Part shown: in pieces, positions 13,469-25,527 of the stretch | How positions within the stretch are numbered: the first letter of the stretch is position 1 | Layout of the letters: the number at the start of each line of letters is the position of its first letter | Source: Octopus vulgaris | Taxonomy: Eukaryota | Direction: 5' to 3' | Length of the DNA stretch: 64,000 bases | NCBI GenBank assembly: GCA_951406725.2 | Contig: OX597814.1 | Span: forward strand, 16,740,001 to 16,804,000 | Position numbers and translations under genes: made by a program | The notes under the pieces: generated by a model | What the model was told of the DNA's origin: nothing | Seen by the model: only the letters and a program-made list of their open reading frames with translations | The model's database searches: none

Positions 13469-13687
13469 TTTCTTTACTACCCACAAGGGGCTAAACACAG
13501 AGGGGACAAACAAGGACAGACAAAGGGATTAAGTCGATTACATCAAGCCCAGTGCGTAACTGGTACTTAATTTAACGACCCCGGAAGGATGAAAGGCAAA
13601 GTCGACCTCGGCGGAATTTGAACTCGGAACGTAACGACAGACGAAATACGGCTACGCATTTCGCCCGGCGTGCTAACGTTTCTGCCA
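13469..13687 (-). mobile_element. SINE family A inserted in the PLE-1 5' repeat
   Basis: Match; absent from the 3' repeat. Confidence 0.9.
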
Positions 13688-13798
13688 TGCATACACACAT
13701 ACATACATGCTTGCATGCATAGGCACACACACTGACCCACACACATGAGCACAAACAAACAAAAAGGAACACAGTGTAAATAACGGACAGCGTCACGA

Positions 13799-13835
13799 CT
13801 ATTGAAACGGTTGCAAGACGCAACGAAAATTTTAG
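13799..13835 (+). ncRNA. Minimal type-I hammerhead-like motif (U3-A8 variant) in PLE-1 5' repeat
   Basis: CTA-TTGAAAC-G-GTTGC aagac GCAAC-GAAAA TT T-TAG: helix I CTA/TAG, perfect 5-bp stem II, palindromic helix III. A9 is mutated in this copy. Confidence 0.5.
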
Positions 13836-14445
13836 GAAAATAAAAATAAGAAATAAGTGGAAATTTTACCGGTAAATGTGTTAAATTATAAGGCACAAAA
13901 AGAAAATGACTCACCCCAGACAGACACAACAGAATATGCTTCAATACACGAACTCACATAAAGAAACTTGTAAACTAAATCCATAAACGAAATATAATAA
14001 GCTTTGGCCAAGCTAGCAAGACGTTGAGAAACATCGTGTTCTGCTGTCTAAAAATGAAGATTGCTACCCGACAGCTCCACTTCCTTAAAACATGCATCTC
14101 CTCCAAGCTATACACAAAATCTGTCAATTCAGCTGCCAAGCGGTTAGGACTCACAGAACATCAAGAAAGAAAACTAAAACATACGATGTTACAAAGCATC
14201 AAAAAGAAAATATACACAGAAATCAACCAGTACCAAAAACGAAAGAGGGTCCTGTTGCATGGACTAAAAAAACACCACTACTCCACATGAAAGAGACAGA
14301 TTCATGACAAACATCCAACAAGAATACTGCCGAGTTAACCATGCCTGTAACAAACACTTCAACAATAAACACAAGTGGATGAAACAGCAACAACAACAAT
14401 CCCAGTATAGTAAGAATCAATAGTAAGAACCAATACAAATATTGA

Positions 14446-14860
14446 GGCGCAGGAGTGGCTGTGTGGTAAGTAGCTTGCTTACCAGCCACACGGTTCCGGG
14501 TTCAGTCCCACTGCGTGACATCTTGGGCAAGTGTCTTCTGCTATAGCCTCGAGCCGACCAATGCCTTGTGAGTGGATTTGGTAGACGGAAACTGAAAGAA
14601 GCCTGTCGTATATATGTATATATATATATATGTATGTGTGTGTATATGTTTGTGTGTCTGTGTTTGTCCCCCCACCATCGCTTGACAACCGATGCTGGTG
14701 TGTTTACGTCCCCGTTACTTAGCGGTTCGGCAAAAAGAGACCGATAGAATAAGTACTGGGCTTACAAAGAATAAGTCCCGGGGTCGATTTGCTCGACTAA
14801 AGGTGGTGCTCCAGCATGGCCTCAGTCAAATGGCTGAAACAAGTAAAAGAGTAAAAGAGA
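14446..14860 (+). mobile_element. SINE family B inserted in PLE-1
   Basis: Full-length match to the other family B copies. Confidence 0.9.
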
Positions 14861-15735
14861 GTAAATACCCAAACAAAATCGATGGGATTGTCATGTCAGA
14901 AGGTAAACTACCAGAGGAATTTGAGACCAGGACACTGGAAAACAATACCACCATCAACAACAACAATAACAACAACAAATATACCTCTGGAATATATGGT
15001 GCAGTACAGCTAGATACAGATGAAATACATGCTTTAGAGTTACCACGAAAATTCCCTACATATAAAAAGGTCAGAAAAATTGAAAAAAAAAACGTTCTTA
15101 AAATTAAGATGGAGGTTAGGACAATACTACAACAGCAACCTCACAAACATACGAAATTAAAACAACAGCAAAATAACAATAGCGGTGTTGATGACAACAA
15201 TAATGGCAATAACAACAACAACAACAACAACAATGACAACCACAACATACCTCACGCTGACAACTATAACAACAACAACACAAGCTTACGAAACAGGAAA
15301 AAAAAACTATTATAACAGCAGTAACGATGATGATAGCAACAGTAGCAACAATAATAACATCCCACACACAGATAGCGATACCAACCACTACCAACAACAC
15401 CACCCACAACAATAACAATAAGCAAAAGACAAGTACTACCACCACCACCACCACCAGCAACAACAATACCAGCAACTATAACAACAACAACAACCACAAC
15501 GATAATAAAATTCTACACTCTGCCTTCTATATCTCTAACAACAAATCTTTTGACATGACGAGGATCTAACCCATAGACTTACTCTTTAACAAAAGGGAAT
15601 GTATCCACTCCAAATTGACAGTGAAACAGAAGCAAAGATCTCCTTAGCTAGAAATAGACTCTGACATATCTTAGACCGTTACAACAAATCCACTAAAAAC
15701 ATAGTGAGGAGGCGACCCACCAACTCAGCTCATCT

Positions 15736-17620
15736 GTGGACAAAGGCCTACAAAAGCTGAAACAGCGAATTAGGAACAGAGAATTAGTGTGCTTCCCTAC
15801 GGACAAGTCTGGCAGACTGTCAATAGACATCCCACAGAACTATGTCCAGGCCATGCAAGAACACATCAGTAGCATGAGAGACGTTATACCACAGGAACAT
15901 GAAAGAGTGGAAAAATCTCCTCAATGTACACATGGGGATGTGGTGCAACATACTCCAACCTATAAAAAGGATGGCACACAATTTCCAAGCATCCAACAAA
16001 GATGTTCCCACACTATTCGGGTTACGCAAAAACCACAAACACTACATAAACCCTGTCGTGGGGCCCCCAACCTGACCAGTTTGCGGAGTGAATATCTCTA
16101 GTCTATAGTCTGTCCTACTTCCTCTCACAGGTATTATGACCTCTCATAAAGATGTCTCCAGATGTCTGTGTGAGCTCGGAAGGTCTCCTCAGTGAAATCA
16201 ATTCTTGCAACCACTCCAACGACCTCACAGGCTGTGTAGTGGGTAGTATGGTTGTGATTTCACTCTACCCATTTATAGACATAGATTTTGATGTGGAGAA
16301 ATGCATTCAGGTAATCTGTGAGAGTGAGGTGGAGTTCCGTAAGGTCAACACGAGGAAACTGGGCCTCCTCCTCAGATTAAGCTATAACAGTAACTACTTA
16401 GATGACCATGACCTCAGTAGATTCTGCACCACCAGGTCACAGAAATGAAAACCACTCACCATCACTTCAGCAGTGAAGAAAAGTACCATAGAGCGCTGGA
16501 GGGGCTGGAGCGCACCCACATAAAACCCTGAGAACAACAATCAGGTGACAGAAATGATTGCACATGCAAGAGGGGCCAGTGTAAAAACCACCTTGAAGAA
16601 CCACATAGTAAAGTTTAACAAAAACCTATACATGCAGGTTCAAGGTGCAGCCATCGGTGTCGGTGTCGGTATAGCTGGAGATGTGGCCGGACTCTTCATG
16701 AGCTGGTGGGACAGAAAATTAAACAAATTTTAGCAGAACAGTCCACAACTCTTCTAATCTACTCTAGATATGTAGGTGACATTAATATCATTGTTAGGTC
16801 CAACTCTAGTGACGGGTAATGTAGAAACTGAGAAGAGCGTAATAGTGAACATCCAGCATATAGATAACTCCATCCACCAAAGTATGAAGGTAACTATAGA
16901 TTACCTCACTAAGCACCCCAATAGTTGACTCCCTGTACTTGATACTGAACTTTCGTTAGAGACTGTGAACAATAGAGTGCAGCTCCTCCTCTCCTATTAC
17001 ATGAAATTCGTAACTTCAAAATATATTGTTCACAAGAACTCAGCTTTGTCACACAACATGAAAATTAACATACTAATAGCAGACTTAGTTAGGATAATGA
17101 ACAATGTGTCCCCACTATGCGAACCTTTTGAAACGAAAAAAACATATACAGAACTTCATGCACCGCATAAAGTTCTCTGGATATGATCAGAAAGATAGGG
17201 TTCGAGTATACAGGGGTGCTAGAAAGAAATTAGATAACATTGTACGTAATGATACCAGTAGTACATGTCCTAGATATAGAAACAAAGAATGGAATATGAT
17301 ACAAAGAACTCGTGACAAAACAAACAGGGTGAACACGTGGTATAAAACCGACAAATATCAAGGAGTGATGTTTGTAGAGGCCACAGCCCATGGAGAACTA
17401 GCCCGTGGATTTAGAAAAGCTCTGAAGGAGACCAAACTCAACATTAAGGTTGTTGAAAAGCCAGGGAACTTCGTCAGATCACAGCTATGTTGGACGTAAC
17501 CCTTTGAGAATACCATATGCACCAATGATAATTGCATGATATATAGGATTAGCCCTGGCATTACCTGTAGAACTAGAAATGTAGTTTACAGCATAAGATG
17601 CATAGAAGGTGCTTCTCAAG
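15736..17620 (+). pseudogene. PLE-1 reverse transcriptase and GIY-YIG endonuclease, broken by stops and frameshifts
   Basis: Collinear motifs VCFPTDKSGRL, VVGSMVVISLYP (catalytic D lost), LYMQVQGAAIG, YSRYVGDI (from YVDD), LPVLD, then CTNDNC...TCRTRNVVYSIRC (Cys cluster plus first GIY-like motif) at ~17518-17601. Confidence 0.85.
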
Positions 17621-18223
17621 ACATGAACATGGAGGCAACCTGGGTCAACTTGACATCCGCATCTTATCCAAGCACCTAAACGACCCAACAGTCAGATAAA
17701 TACGGGAGTACGCCCTTATAAATGAAACTTCCCCAATACTAAATAGGAAATATACATAATAGCTATCGTACCCCCATACTCACAGTTTACAAAGGTAGAG
17801 TAGAATAGTTAGTGGGCTGTTATGTAGATATATGTGTGTGGTGGGGTATATGTTTATACACAAGGACACATATGGAGAAACGTGTCCACACATATGGAGA
17901 TCCACATCCATACATACAAACACGGTACATTGTTGCAAAAGACACACACACTCAGACATGCACAGACAAGGAGACAGAGGTACATACATATACACACACT
18001 TGCACTCACACACACATGCATAAAAAACACAAACACGGACACGTAAACACATCAATATGCAGAATACATACATACAGATGCGTACACACATACATGCATA
18101 TATACATACACACACATGCATACATACATGTATGCATAGGCTCACACACACACACACTGACCCACACCCATGCGCCAAAACAAACAAAAAGGGACGCAAT
18201 GTAAATAACTGACAGAGCCAAGA

Positions 18224-18260
18224 CTATTGAAAAGTTAGCAAGACGCAACGAAATTTTTAG
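18224..18260 (+). ncRNA. Minimal type-I hammerhead-like motif (U3-A8 variant) in PLE-1 3' repeat
   Basis: CTA-TTGAAAA-GTTaGC aagac GCAAC-GAAA TTTT-TAG, at the same position in the repeat as the 13799 copy. Confidence 0.5.
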
Positions 18261-18658
18261 GAAAATAAAAATAAGAAATAAGTGGAAATTTTACCGGTAA
18301 ATGTGTTAAATTATAAGGCACAAAAAAGAAAATGACTCTCCCCAGACACAGCAAGAATGAAACAAGTTTCGCGTAAATGAGAGCAGTAGTTATTAAGATA
18401 TTCGAGATTTGGGATATAAATACCCAAAACTGTGCATAATGGGGAAAATGTTCCGAATTTAACTTCATCATGGAAGGGAAGAAACTCTAATCTGTCGATG
18501 TCACATTCGTTGAAACCATGCGAAATAACCTGGAAAAGCCAAAAAATGTCGAAACAAAATCCGTTGCTGGATATAAATATAGTATAGATATGTGCACATA
18601 AAAATATAAATACATAAACATACATTTAGCACACACACAAATACTCGCACACACACAT

Positions 18659-18712
<54 letters not shown>

Positions 18713-18732
18713 CGCACACACACATATATATA

Positions 18733-18783
<51 letters not shown>

Positions 18784-18844
18784 GCGCATACACAACGCAC
18801 ACATCTCCATATACATCCATTTCTATTCGGCAAGAAGCCCAAGA

Positions 18845-19590
18845 AGTGAAGATAAGTGTGGGGTCCGTGGTAAAAATCATTCTCGACCATTTGCACATGC
18901 AGAATTTGTCTGCACTATCGGGATTTCCCGGATGCTCTCACATTTTCAGAAGCAGGAACAAGTAGAACAAGCGGCCATCACTATGATCCTGAGACTAAAG
19001 TCTAGTCGAATCGATGAAAGGATGATAACTTACCACCGGCAAAGAAGGCTCGTGTCCAACAGACAAAGTGATGCTTACAGCCTTTTGGAACCAGCGCGGG
19101 GTAATGGTTGATTTTCTGGCAAAGGGTACCACACTTAACGAGGCATATTATGCTTCTCTGTTGCAGAAATTGCCGGACGCCATCAAAGCGGAGATGCGTG
19201 GAATGCTGACCGAAGGAGTCCGTCTCCTCCAAAACAACGTCCAACCTTCACAATGCGCATGTTGCCCGGATGAAAGCACACGCCTGCGGTTATGATATCC
19301 TTCTTCATCTCCCTTACTTGCCCTATCTCGCACCATCTGATTGCCACCTCTTTCGTGAAGTCTATTTTGAAGGAGAAGCAATTTTCGGATGATGATGAAC
19401 TTATATCCGCGGTAATGTGTTGGCTAAGACGCAACCCACCGACTTCTACAGACAAGGTCTTCGCAGTTGCATAAAGCGATGACAGAAGTGTGTCATCATT
19501 GGTAGAGAAGGACTAAAAATTATACCATGTTTCGTTTATCCTACCCAGTCCTTGTGAAGTGGGTCAGAGGAGATTTTTAATGAACACATT
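18845..19590 (+). mobile_element. Older decayed mariner fragment related to the 60966 element
   Basis: HHYDPETK and MLTAFWNQRGVMVDFLAKGTTLNEAYYASLL remnants; degenerate right TIR AAGTGGGTCAGAGG at ~19557. Confidence 0.85.
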
Positions 19591-19645
19591 TAACCATATT
19601 CTTCAGAATACAGGGCCGGTGATTTGTCCCTTTGTTGATATATAT

Positions 19646-19875
19646 ATTTCTTTACTACCCACAAGGGGCTAAACACAGAGGGGACAAACAAGGACAGACA
19701 AAGGGATTAAGTCGATTCCATCGACCCCAGTGCGTAACTGGTACTTAATTTATCGACCCCGAAAGGATGAAAGGCAAAGTCGACCTCGGCGGAATTTGAA
19801 CTCAGAACGTAACGGCAGACGAAATATGGCTTCGCATTTCGCCCGGCGTGCTAACGTTTCTGCCAGCTCGCCACC
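19646..19875 (-). mobile_element. SINE family A
   Basis: Full-length match. Confidence 0.9.
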
Positions 19876-20373
19876 TTTGTTGATATAGGATAGTGTGTGT
19901 GTGTGTGTTTTGTTTGTGTGTGTATGCATGTGTGTGTATGTGTGTGCGTGCTTGTGTGTGTGTGTATGTGTGCTTGTGTATGTAAACCTGGTACTTGGTT
20001 AAGAAGCTTGCTTCCATTGCAACTAAGTCGTTTTAGGTTTACATGAACAGTACACACGTTGGGCAACTATCTTCTGCCATAGTTCAAGGCCGAACAAGTG
20101 TTGTACCTGAATTTGGGAGGTGTAGCAATCTGTCACATATATAGGTGTGTTTCTGAGTGTGTATTTGCGTCTCCTTGTGTGTGTATTTGTCCCATGTACA
20201 TAACTTGACAACTGGTGGGGGGTTTTTTTGTTTACGTCATCGAATCTTAGAAATTTGGCTAAAGTACCAACATAATAAGAACCAGATTTAAAAAGAAAAA
20301 TAAATACTGGGATCGATTTTTTCGGCTGATGTCCAATGAGTTAAAGACGTAAGAAGCAATATATATATATATA

Positions 20374-20667
20374 TCACGTGATCACGTGACCGACCAGACC
20401 ATCAGATGTTGTTACACATCGCTGGTCACAATGCGTTCGCATTGTTTTAGCCTTCGAATGACGCCACCCCGCTGGCTAAGCGAGCAGGCCAACAGAAGAA
20501 AGAGTGGGAGAAAGAGTACAGCAGGGATCACTACCCCCTGCCAGAGCCTCGTGGAGCTTTAAGGTGTTTTCGCTCAATAAACACTCACAACGCCCGGTCT
20601 GGGAATCGAAACCGCGATCCTACGACCGCGAGTCCGCTGCCCTAACCACTGGGCCATTACGCCTCCA
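20374..20667 (-). mobile_element. SINE with family C head but a different 3' tail (tail-only copy at 60137-60256)
   Basis: 20510-20667 matches the family C 5' half; 20374-20500 matches 60137-60256. Both sit in (TA)n. Confidence 0.8.
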
Positions 20668-20679
20668 TATATATATATA

Positions 20680-20801
20680 TAAAATCAAAATAAGCAAAAG
20701 GATATCAAGAGGTAATGAAGTACGACCGTTTCAAGTGCCTCCATTTAATTGAAAGATCAATCATTACATCAATTTAAATGCAGGGCTATACTCAACTGCA
20801 T
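20680..20801 (-). repeat. Dispersed pseudo-LTR-like repeat (second copy ~36499-36612) with hammerhead remnant
   Basis: Both copies share CAAAATAAGCAA.AAGGATATC.AGAGGTAATG.AG.ACGA.CGTTTCA...CATTACATCAATTTAAA. The minus strand gives ATGCAG-TTGAGTA...GAAAC GGTC GT A-CTTCAT. Both begin at (TA)n. Confidence 0.5.
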
Positions 20802-20814
20802 AAACAAATATTCT

Positions 20815-21120
20815 TATGCTTATTCTATCGGACTCTTTTGCTGAACTGCTAGGTTACAGGAACGTAAACACGACAGTATCGGTTGCCAAGCGATGGGGCG
20901 GGACAAATACAGACATAAACGCACGCACATAAATATACATATATTTATACGGTGGGCTTCTTTCAGTTTCCGGCTACCAAATCCATCTCCATATACATCC
21001 ATTTCTATTCGGCCCGTGGCTATAGTCGAAGATACTTACCCAAGATGCCATGCAGCGGGACTGCTCCCAGAACCATGTGATTGGGAAGCAAGCTTCTTAC
21101 CATACAGCCACGCCTGCGCC
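20815..21120 (-). mobile_element. SINE family B (diverged, partial)
   Basis: Similarity to family B. Confidence 0.75.
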
Positions 21121-21129
21121 TGTATACAT

Positions 21130-21231
<102 letters not shown>

Positions 21232-21338
21232 TCGGGGTGAGTACTTGATAATTATAAGCACCTGTGTATACCGTTTGGTGGTGTAGGTGGTGGAGTAAAT
21301 TGATCAAAATAAAATAAAAACATGATGCGAAGGATTCA

Positions 21339-21416
21339 GCGGTACATATGTTTCGGGCCTTTATTAGACAGATTTATAACAATGCATAATGTATGTCTGT
21401 GGCCTTCTTCAGCCGC
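21339..21416 (-). ncRNA. Type-I hammerhead ribozyme in PLE-2 3' terminal repeat (element sense strand)
   Basis: Reverse complement reads GCGG-CTGAAGA-aGGCC [41 nt] GGCCc-GAAAC ATAT GT A-CCGC: full core, helix I GCGG/CCGC, palindromic helix III, GUA cleavage triplet. Confidence 0.85.
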
Positions 21417-23148
21417 GCGCACCAGCTTCCACAAGGACATGTGTTACATCAAAAATTCTTGGTTGGGGATGCAAATCCTCTCATTCGCGTACGACATAAT
21501 GCGGCAGCAGCATAGAATTGAAGCGTCCATCTCTTTCTTCTCTCAATGTAGAATGAGGAAAATTGGATGTTGAGGTAATGTAAATAAATAAATACATATA
21601 TAGTGAAGATGGAGGGGCGAGAATTCGGGACGAGGGATAAAAAATGTATAAAAAGTGTAAGTATAGAAAAATATAAAAATGTAGAGCATAAAGATATAAA
21701 GAGTTATAAGGAGATGTAAAGGGGGTATAAAGAGTATAAAGAAATATAAAGAAATATAAATAAATGTAAAGGCATAAGGTTATAAAGTAAAAATAGAAAT
21801 AGAAATAAAAGAAAAAAACATGATAAAAACATGATAAAAATGTAAAAAAATGTAAAGATAAGGGATGTATAGAGGTTACGGACCAAGCATGGTGGTCAGG
21901 AGATTGATAAAATTTAGTTGTAGAATTGTCAGTAAATCAACAGTTTCGTCTGGGGACCTAATGTGTTGTAAATCAGAGCTGATGAGCATTTAATCTGGTT
22001 CCTTGAATTAAATGGACTTCTAGTACATACATATCATCATGGATACATACACCCACATACACGCGTACATATACGCCTCCAAGCCTATAAGCATACACAC
22101 GCACTCGCGTGTAAACATGTACATAAACATCACCCGCACCCACACGCACACGCGCGTACACTTACATACATACAACAGAATATCCGCATGTATACACGGA
22201 CACTATACGCGTACACACTCACATGTACATACGCGCGCCCATCCCTACATACACACACGTATATGCCCACGCCTCTAGGTCTAGATATAAGATATTAAAG
22301 GATGTATATAAGAACGTATGTAAAAAATCACGTACTCATGTCTATACGTGCACGCACACACGGCTGTGTGTCCGTATCTGCGTGCACATATACACTCATA
22401 TACACACACAGAGACACACGCGCATATGGGTATAGCTATAAGATATCGAAATATGCATGTACATATATGCGCGTGCATATGTATGTATGCGTATACACGG
22501 TACGCGGACGCTCGTATAGTCAAAAAGTGGATCCATAGGTAAGTAAATAAACATATATAGAGGTGTAAAGCGATAAGTTAGGGGTAAGAATGAGGGTAAG
22601 GGTAAAAATTAGAAATAAAAAATACAGTATAAAATAAGAAATACAATGTAATAGTTAGAAATGAAATATAAGAATTATAAAAATTATAAGAGTTAAGGTA
22701 AGGGATGAAAATAAAAATGAGAATAAATGGAAGTAGAATAAAAGTAAAAATAAAAATAAATGGAAGTAGGATAAAAGTAAAAATAAAAGTAAAAATAAAA
22801 ATAAAATAAAATAAGATAAAAATATAATTTGGTAAAGTTTAACATGAGATGAAGGTGGTTGAAAGTTAGAGGTGTGTGTTAAACGTAGGGGCGGGCGGGG
22901 GAACTGAAAATTGGAAGGGTGGGAAGTGGAGTTTGGCGGTGTGCGTTCAACATCCGAGTTAGAAATGTGAAAGGGTATAGATATAGGGAATTAAAGAGAC
23001 TATATAGGGAGGATATGGGTGTAGGAGAAGAAATATTTAGGGAAAAGAAGTCATATATGGGAGACAAAATTTGTATATATAGGAGGAAAATGCAGGGAAC
23101 CGTATATGCACATACACACACCCACACACACACACACACACGCACATG

Positions 23149-23179
<31 letters not shown>

Positions 23180-23316
23180 GTACACGTATGTGCACATACA
23201 TATACACACACACACACACATACGCATATACACGCACATATAGGAAAGCGGGATGTGCTGGAGCCGACAGGTTGCACCGGGTGGGAGGAAATTGCATGGG
23301 GGAGTTGGTATAAGAC

Positions 23317-24648
23317 CTAAGCTTTGTAGTATTTGAAAGTATTAATAAGTTTGTGTATACAGGATGGTTTGAACTCTGACCTTTTGTTAATAAGATTGTG
23401 TTTGTCTTTGAATTTCAAGATGTTCAGGAGTTCTACACAACATAGTTGGCATCCTGCTCTATTATTTAAATAAGGTGCAGCTGATCCGATGATGGACCAT
23501 CTGAGTTTGAAGCCTATGCATTTGTCTTTTAATTCCCAAATTCTTTTAGAGAGGGAGGTGCTGTTAGCCTTATGTCTGTGTCTCAGCGAGGACCGGTGGT
23601 TGTAGTATCTGGATTTCCAGGAGGTTGAGCAACCAATATAGGTGAGTGTGTTAAACTGAGTACTCACCTCACATGAATATATTACGTTTTTCGCCCTACA
23701 TGCGCCCTGCAGCGGGCACTCTGATGCACATCTGCAGTTGCATTGCATTGCATTATTCGGTCGTGTGCTGCTAATTCCAGGCGGAGGTGTTGCAATACGA
23801 GTGGGGGCGTTGGTATCCTCCTGGTTGTTGATGGGTGTAGTATTTCCTCTGTTGTGTTGGCGGGTGTTATTACTAACTGTTTGGGTAGTATGGCTGCCAG
23901 TCTGGTTATATTGTCTACTGTCTAGATGAGGGGGGTTCTGTTGGTCGCTATGGTTTGCTCTTGATCTAGCTGTTCTAATATTAATATAGTTATGTTTAGC
24001 TATGAGGCAGCTCATGTTGGGCAGGGTAGAGTAGGAAATCCTAATAGTTTTGTTGGAGAAGATACTTCTATACTTGTGGGTGGGTGGGAAGTTGTTGGAA
24101 ATTATAGAGAATATTCTCTTACATAACTTACCCTTAACTGCTAAGTTGTAAGGTATGTTGAACCATATATATTTGCGTAATCTACTATTATCCCTTCTAT
24201 TTCTCCTAATAGGATCTATATTGCTCTCGTCGGGAGGGTTACTATTGTGTGCTATTCTATTAGTTCGCCTATTTCCTATACGTTGTTTGGAGTTTAAATT
24301 AGAATTATCGCTAGTGTGAGTTGAGTGCTGAGTTCGGTTATACTTGGGAGTTTTATGGCCGACGGACGCTCCCGGGTGGTCTACATATGATATTCTCTGG
24401 TTATACCCGGCACTATAGAGAGCCTGGTTGTAGTGTTGTGCATGATTATTGAAAATTTCTCTATTAGAGGATAGTTTTGTCAGTCTGCCTGAGATGGCTT
24501 GGACCGTGGTGCTAATTATACAGGGTGGATGGTTGGAAGAGGTATGGATGTATTTGGTAGTGTCTTCGGGTTTCCTATACGGGTGGTGAAGGTGCTTATT
24601 CAAATCTAACGTAACATCTAAGAAGTTTACTATTTTAGTATTGGTCAT
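23317..24648 (-). CDS. PLE-2 RT thumb, linker and GIY-YIG endonuclease (443 aa open)
   Basis: VNFLDVTLDL, YIHTSSNHPP, WFNIPY, CNCRCASECPLQGACRAKNVIY...YIGCSTSWKSRYYNH, CQLC..E, LINKRSE...CIH. Confidence 0.93.
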   Translation of the reverse strand: MTNTKIVNFLDVTLDLNKHLHHPYRKPEDTTKYIHTSSNHPPCIISTTVQAISGRLTKLSSNREIFNNHAQHYNQALYSAGYNQRISYVDHPGASVGHKTPKYNRTQHSTHTSDNSNLNSKQRIGNRRTNRIAHNSNPPDESNIDPIRRNRRDNSRLRKYIWFNIPYNLAVKGKLCKRIFSIISNNFPPTHKYRSIFSNKTIRISYSTLPNMSCLIAKHNYINIRTARSRANHSDQQNPPHLDSRQYNQTGSHTTQTVSNNTRQHNRGNTTPINNQEDTNAPTRIATPPPGISSTRPNNAMQCNCRCASECPLQGACRAKNVIYSCEVSTQFNTLTYIGCSTSWKSRYYNHRSSLRHRHKANSTSLSKRIWELKDKCIGFKLRWSIIGSAAPYLNNRAGCQLCCVELLNILKFKDKHNLINKRSEFKPSCIHKLINTFKYYKA

Positions 24649-24658
24649 AAATTCTAGT

Positions 24659-25030
24659 TTAAGATTGAAGGATTTGAAAAAAAAGCCTGATCTTTTTCCT
24701 AATTCTTTCTAGTTTACTCCTATTGTTGGTGGGGTATATGAAGAGAGCGTCGTCTCTGTATAGACCCCCCTGAAGATCCGGTACCTCGGAGAAAAGCTTC
24801 TTGAGCAGGTAGGCTCCGACCAAGTCAGTCACCTGAGCTGAATCGCTCGAGCCCATAGCCACATCGAAATTGTCGGGGGTATCGGATCTGGTCCAGAGTC
24901 TACCGTCGAATTCTATTATGGTTTTTCTAGCTAATAGTATTATGTCAATTTTTTCTCTGTCTATGAGTGAAAGGTTGCGGGCAAAAATAAGGGATTTTTT
25001 AAGTAAGATGGGGGATATACTGGCGTACAT
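24659..25030 (-). CDS. PLE-2 reverse transcriptase core (5'-truncated; one frameshift to the next ORF)
   Basis: FDVAMGSSDSAQVTDLVG and GLYRDDAL motifs typical of PLE RTs. Confidence 0.9.
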   Translation of the reverse strand: MYASISPILLKKSLIFARNLSLIDREKIDIILLARKTIIEFDGRLWTRSDTPDNFDVAMGSSDSAQVTDLVGAYLLKKLFSEVPDLQGGLYRDDALFIYPTNNRSKLERIRKKIRLFFQILQS

Positions 25031-25192
25031 GTATTTATTTATTTACATTTCCTCATTCTACATTGAGAGAAGAAAGAGATGGACGCTTCAATTCTATGCT
25101 GCTGCCGCATTATGTCGTACGCGAATGAGAGGATTTGCATCCCCAACCAAGAATTTTTGATGTAACACATGTCCTTGTGGAAGCTGGTGTGC

Positions 25193-25270
25193 GCGGCTGA
25201 AGAAGGCCACAGACATACATTATGCATTGTTATAAATCTGTCTAATAAAGGCCCGAAACATATGTACCGC
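25193..25270 (+). ncRNA. Type-I hammerhead ribozyme in the inverted repeat copy of PLE-2
   Basis: GCGG CTGAAGA AGGCC...GGCCC GAAAC ATAT GTA CCGC read directly on the + strand. Confidence 0.85.
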
Positions 25271-25308
25271 TGAATCCTTCGCATCATGTTTTTATTTTAT
25301 TTTGATCA

Positions 25309-25362
<54 letters not shown>

Positions 25363-25452
25363 TTATATATTTAGTATGTATGTATTTGTGTATGTCTGTG
25401 TTTCTGTCATTTTATGTGTGTGTGAACATATTGGAGTGACCAGTCACAATTG

Positions 25453-25527
<75 letters not shown>

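Larger units (their letters stand above)
13195..18352 (+). mobile_element. Decayed Penelope-like retroelement (PLE-1) with direct terminal repeats (pseudo-LTRs)
   Basis: Direct repeats at ~13195-13925 and ~17860-18352 (ACAAGGACACATATGGAG...AAATGACTC.CCCAGACA) flank frameshifted RT and GIY-YIG coding remnants. The 5' repeat carries a SINE (13469-13687) that the 3' repeat lacks. Confidence 0.85.
21296..25313 (-). mobile_element. 5'-truncated Penelope-like retroelement (PLE-2, probably Nematis-like) with an inverted terminal-repeat copy at its 5' end
   Basis: RT/GIY-YIG ORFs on the minus strand. 21296-21596 is the near-identical reverse complement of 25030-25313. The right end abuts (TA)n. Confidence 0.92.

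Noticed and set aside
21935-22025. Second hammerhead in the PLE-2 3' region (CTGATGA on +, GACGAAACTGTT on -)
   Set aside because: The two half-cores lie on opposite strands and neither has a complete partner.
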